Shown one piece after another: positions 60,639 to 64,000 of a stretch of DNA of 64,000 bases (position 1 is its first letter; every line of letters starts with the position of its first letter). The notes under the pieces were generated by a model that made no database searches, was not told the DNA's origin, and was given only the letters and a program-made list of their open reading frames with translations. Position numbers and translations under genes: made by a program. The stretch comes from an uncultured Clostridia bacterium (GTDB lineage: Bacteria; Bacillota; Clostridia; UMGS1883; UMGS1540): NCBI GenBank assembly GCA_937966555.1, contig CALCLY010000036.1, positions 122,116 to 186,115 on the forward strand, in the 5' to 3' direction.

Positions 60639-61910
60639 ATGCAGGAACTGAAACGAGGCGACAGAGGAGCATATGTGTATATGCTTCAGCTTGCACTGCA
60701 AAGAAGCGGATATTTAAGCGCGCGCAAGGACGGGATTTTCGGGCCTGTGACGGAAAATGCGCTGCGCGGATTTCAAAGCGCGTTTATGATTCCCGTAACG
60801 GGAACGGCGGACGAAAAAACATGGAGATATTTAAACGACTTTATTCGAGGTTATGTAAAATACCGCGTAAAGCCGGGAGATACTCTTTTTAAAATTGCGG
60901 AGAAAAACTTTACAACAGTAAAAAGCATTGTCACGGCAAATTCACTGAAAAATCCGGATATGATAGAGGCAGGACAAACGCTTGTCGTGCCGTTCCGTTT
61001 CGACGTTGTGCCGTTTGACGTACCGTATACTTATGAACTTACAAACCTTTTGTGCGAGGGAATCTCTGGGCGTTACTCGTTTGTTGAGCTGAAGGAAAGC
61101 GGAAGGAGCGTTGAGGGGAAGCGGCTTAATCTTTTTGAAATGGGCAAAAAGGGGAGAAGTGTGTTTGTTAACGCTTCGCACCATGCCAATGAGTGGATTA
61201 CAACGCCGCTGGTGCTGAAGTTTTTGGAAAGATATGCCGCTTCATATGCAAACAGTGACAGCATAGAAGGTTTTAATGCGTCGCGGCTTTTCGAAAACAG
61301 CCGCCTTTACATGATGCCGCTTGTAAATCCGGACGGGGTAGACCTTGTAAACGGCGTGGCGGATGGTACGTATTTGGCAAATGCATGCAAAATAGCCGAG
61401 GCTTATCCGAACATACGTTTTCCCGAAGGGTGGAAAGCCAATATAGAAGGGACGGATTTAAATCTGAATTATCCGGCAGAGTGGGAAAAAGCAAAGAGAA
61501 TAAAATACGGACTGGGCTTTAAAACGCCGGCGCCGCGTGATTTTGTGGGGGAAAACCCACTTTCTGCGCCCGAAAGCCGCAGCGTTTATAATCTCACAAA
61601 ATCGGAAAATTTTGTATTTACAATTTCATATCATACGCAGGGTGAGGAAATTTATTACACATTTCAGGGTCAAACACCGCCGGGCGGACGTTTTTATGGG
61701 GAAGAATTTGCACGCCTGAGCGGCTACCTACTGGCAGACGCTCCGTATAACTCTTCTTTTGCCGGATATAAGGACTGGGTGATTCAGGACTACAATGTGC
61801 CCTCTTATACGATTGAAGCCGGAAAGGGCGAAAATCCGCTTCCGCTTTCGGAACTTCCGCTTATGTATCGTGATAATGCGGGGATAATGGCATATGCATT
61901 GTCGCTTTGA
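60639..61910 (+). CDS. M14 gamma-D-glutamyl-diamino-acid peptidase with PG-binding and LysM domains
   Basis: PG_binding_1-like GDRGAYVYMLQLAL..DGIFGPVTENALRGFQ. LysM YRVKPGDTLFKIAEKN...GQTLVVP. M14 motif NASHHANEWITT. Confidence 0.8.
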   Translation: MQELKRGDRGAYVYMLQLALQRSGYLSARKDGIFGPVTENALRGFQSAFMIPVTGTADEKTWRYLNDFIRGYVKYRVKPGDTLFKIAEKNFTTVKSIVTANSLKNPDMIEAGQTLVVPFRFDVVPFDVPYTYELTNLLCEGISGRYSFVELKESGRSVEGKRLNLFEMGKKGRSVFVNASHHANEWITTPLVLKFLERYAASYANSDSIEGFNASRLFENSRLYMMPLVNPDGVDLVNGVADGTYLANACKIAEAYPNIRFPEGWKANIEGTDLNLNYPAEWEKAKRIKYGLGFKTPAPRDFVGENPLSAPESRSVYNLTKSENFVFTISYHTQGEEIYYTFQGQTPPGGRFYGEEFARLSGYLLADAPYNSSFAGYKDWVIQDYNVPSYTIEAGKGENPLPLSELPLMYRDNAGIMAYALSL

Positions 61911-61940
61911 TTTTGGGTTATAATATCTGCGGAGGTAGGT

Positions 61941-62096
61941 ATGGCTGAAATAAAAAAACACAAAAAGATACTGAAGGAAAACGAAACGCTTGCGCTTGCC
62001 GAGAGAAAGCATACGGACAAACGAAGCAAGGCTTCGCGCCCGTCGGAAGAAAATGTTGAAAATATGCGCGAGTGGTCAATAGAAAAAAAGCTGTGA
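61941..62096 (+). CDS. small hypothetical protein (51 aa; DUF3787-like?)
   Basis: Not in the track. GGAGG lies 6 nt upstream of ATG 61941. Translation is MAEIKKHKKILKENETLALAERKHTDKRSKASRPSEENVENMREWSIEKKL. Confidence 0.4.
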   Translation: MAEIKKHKKILKENETLALAERKHTDKRSKASRPSEENVENMREWSIEKKL

Positions 62097-62230
62097 AAAA
62101 AGGGGATGTTAAAAAACTCCGGAACGCAAGCAAATTTCTCCTCTCGACGTACCCATGTACGCCTTCGGGTATCCCAAACTTTAGTTTTGGCTCAGTTTGC
62201 CGATTCCAAAGCTTTTTTCCTATCCCCTTG

Positions 62231-62275
62231 AAAAAATGGGCTGCTTAAAAAGTCAACCGACTTTTTAAACAGCCC
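62231..62275 (-). terminator. rho-independent terminator of the ThrE-type exporter operon
   Basis: GGGCTGCTTAAAAAGTC (62238-62254) pairs with GACTTTTTAAACAGCCC (62259-62275) with one mismatch and loop AACC. T6 follows on the minus strand. Confidence 0.7.
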
Positions 62276-62714
62276 GCTTTTTTATAAACTTGGATATTAT
62301 AAGATTAAATACAAGTTTTGAAACGACAAGACCTACGGCAATCGCGCCGCCTATTTTTACTGTATAAAGCAAATTGCTTAAAAAACTTGCGTTTTCACCG
62401 CGGAGAAAATCCTCCATGGTATAAAATATTCTTGCTCCCGGTACGAGCGGCACCATACCGATTATAAGATACAGCGTTACGGGAACTTTGCGCAGGCGCG
62501 CAAGTATTTCTGCCTGAAGACCGAGGGCCGCCGCAGCAAAAAGATATTGCATTATATCGGTTTCGAACATTCCGCCGAAAAGCAGATATACAAGCCACGA
62601 GAGCATTCCGCAAAGCCCGGAAAGAAATACATCAGCTCCTCTCACGTTAAAAAGAAAGCAAAAGCCGCATGAGCCGAAAAAAGCATAAAGACACGGCAAA
62701 ACAAATTCCTGCAT
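62265..62714 (-). CDS. threonine/serine exporter family protein, small subunit (ThrE_2/DUF3815-like)
   Basis: 149 aa with 4-5 TM helices. It is paired with the upstream DUF1212-like gene. Confidence 0.65.
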   Translation of the reverse strand: MQEFVLPCLYAFFGSCGFCFLFNVRGADVFLSGLCGMLSWLVYLLFGGMFETDIMQYLFAAAALGLQAEILARLRKVPVTLYLIIGMVPLVPGARIFYTMEDFLRGENASFLSNLLYTVKIGGAIAVGLVVSKLVFNLIISKFIKKRAV

Positions 62715-62726
62715 AAAAAATCACCT

Positions 62727-63494
62727 CTACATAATAACGATTGCCGCCGCAACGCCCACAGCGATTGCGGTTGCGGTGACGAGTGCTTCCGTAAGCCGCA
62801 GAAAACCCGAGAGATAGTCCTTGGCAAGAAAATCGCGCATACTGTTTGTTATGGCGATGCCGGGCACCAGCGTCATCAAAACACCGATTATAATTTTTGT
62901 CCCGTCTATATAAGGAACACGCATTTCAACGGAAAACGATATAAGAGCCGTTACGGCGCTGCACACAATAATTCCTGTAAAGACTCCGCCGCCGATTCGC
63001 CGCAGAAGTATATCTATAATGCAAGTCAGAATTCCGACAAAGAATGCAACCACACCGGCAGGTGCATTTCCGCCGAAAAACATTGCAAACGAGGCGGAAA
63101 TTATTCCGTATCCGAATATGCGCATATACTGTGGATAAACGGGGCTTGTTTTTATTTTTTTGATTTCCTCTTCCACTTCCGCACGGGATGGGGTGCATAC
63201 GCATATTCGGCGTGAAAGTGAATTAAGCATGCATATTTTGTCGAAATCATAGCTGTAGCCTTTCACACGCCATGTTTCGGTACGGCTTTGCCCCGCTGTA
63301 TTGTATACGGTCACGGTTATATTTGAACCTATGGCAAAAACATGTGAGCCGTGAACGCCGTCATACGAAGCGCATATTCTTGAAATGGTGTCCTCAACGC
63401 GCTGAATTTCGGCACCGCAGCGAAGGAGATTAAATCCGACGCTCATGGCAATATAAAGCACATCATCGAGAACGGTAAGCTTTGTTTGTTCCAT
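62727..63494 (-). CDS. threonine/serine exporter family protein (ThrE/DUF1212-like)
   Basis: Start at ATG 63494 (GGGAGA RBS). LLRCGAEIQRVEDTISRI is the family signature. Confidence 0.7.
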   Translation of the reverse strand: MEQTKLTVLDDVLYIAMSVGFNLLRCGAEIQRVEDTISRICASYDGVHGSHVFAIGSNITVTVYNTAGQSRTETWRVKGYSYDFDKICMLNSLSRRICVCTPSRAEVEEEIKKIKTSPVYPQYMRIFGYGIISASFAMFFGGNAPAGVVAFFVGILTCIIDILLRRIGGGVFTGIIVCSAVTALISFSVEMRVPYIDGTKIIIGVLMTLVPGIAITNSMRDFLAKDYLSGFLRLTEALVTATAIAVGVAAAIVIM

Positions 63495-63623
63495 TTTTTT
63501 CTCCCAAATATAAATCTTTTTATATTTTAGCACATTAAAGTGATTTTGGCAACATGTTTAAAATAAATTGAATAAAAAATTTATGTTTGGCTATACTTAT
63601 TGACAGAAAGGAAGGTGAAGAGA

Positions 63624-63806
63624 ATGACACCAAAAGAGCTTTTGTACGTGGAAGATTCTCTTAATATGGAAAGCCAGCTTGCAACAAAATGTAATGACTA
63701 TGCAAGCAAGGTCAGTGATACGGTATTAAAAACAACGCTTACGGAATTGGCGGCACAGCATGCACAGCATTATAATTTGCTGCTTTCGCAGCTTGGAAAA
63801 TGGTAG
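63624..63806 (+). CDS. small spore-coat-associated (CotF-partner-like) protein
   Basis: 60 aa starting at ATG 63624. It lies directly upstream of a Coat_F-like gene. This is a weak call. Confidence 0.4.
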   Translation: MTPKELLYVEDSLNMESQLATKCNDYASKVSDTVLKTTLTELAAQHAQHYNLLLSQLGKW

Positions 63807-63819
63807 AAAGGGGTAAATT

Positions 63820-64000
63820 ATGAACGAAATAAAGCAGAATATGAGCGACAGGGAGTATATGGATGATATTCTTCTGACAAGTAAAACACTTTCGGCAATG
63901 TATCATTATGCAGTGCAGGAATCATCTACAAACGATGTACACACAAACTTTAAAAATATACTGAATGATTCTTTGGATATGCAGCACAGGATTTTTTCAC
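63820..64000 (+). CDS. spore coat protein F-like (partial, runs off right edge)
   Basis: Own translation is MNEIKQNMSDREYMDDILLTSKTLSAMYHYAVQESSTNDVHTNFKNILNDSLDMQHRIFS, which fits the Coat_F pattern (D.L...K.....Y..a..E....). Confidence 0.55.
   Translation, partial: MNEIKQNMSDREYMDDILLTSKTLSAMYHYAVQESSTNDVHTNFKNILNDSLDMQHRIFS

Noticed and set aside
1-64000. CRISPR arrays, rRNA genes, complete IS elements, prophage structural modules
   Set aside because: Reading through the window I saw no regularly spaced short direct repeats, no rRNA-like sequence, no transposase ORF with terminal inverted repeats, and no capsid, tail or terminase-like ORFs.

Overview
This 64-kb window appears to come from a spore-forming Firmicute of Clostridia type. 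That is an inference from pta-ackA, yunB, cotF-like genes and SLH surface proteins.

Layout:
1. 1-7.93 kb: right-hand part of an integrated mobilizable element. It carries a tyrosine-integrase fragment, a sigma factor, a DUF6076-like gene, MobC, a relaxase, a ParB-like gene, a TnpW-like gene and a TnpX-type large serine recombinase. Its junction falls in the ackA terminator.
2. 7.98-14.1 kb: core genes ackA, pta, an ABC exporter with a DUF1854-like partner, darA, tadA and tRNA-Ser(CGA).
3. 14.1-25.4 kb: a visibly AT-rich, decayed island next to the tRNA. It carries a tight four-gene operon (AAA-ATPase/nuclease-like gene, then type I R-M hsdM, hsdS, hsdR). HsdS has an extra 218-aa C-terminal domain.
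4. 25.5-45.9 kb: a 20-kb block entirely on the minus strand encoding envelope proteins. It holds SLH and Listeria-Bacteroides-repeat surface proteins and an expanded YdjG/YdjH/YdjI-like (Zn-ribbon/TPM/SPFH) membrane module. It also holds a ~1324-aa exported protein with 116 cysteines in about 520 residues.
5. 46-58.8 kb: an orphan solute-binding protein with a membrane LuxR-type regulator, and an AraC-linked locus of secreted proteins, an oxidoreductase and a glycosidase-like gene.
6. 58.8-64 kb: two head-to-head gene remnants, two tRNA-Ser genes, yunB, an M14 peptidase, a ThrE-type exporter pair and cotF-like genes.

I recognized no rRNA, CRISPR array or complete IS. All family names come from reading motifs by eye; no database search was possible.
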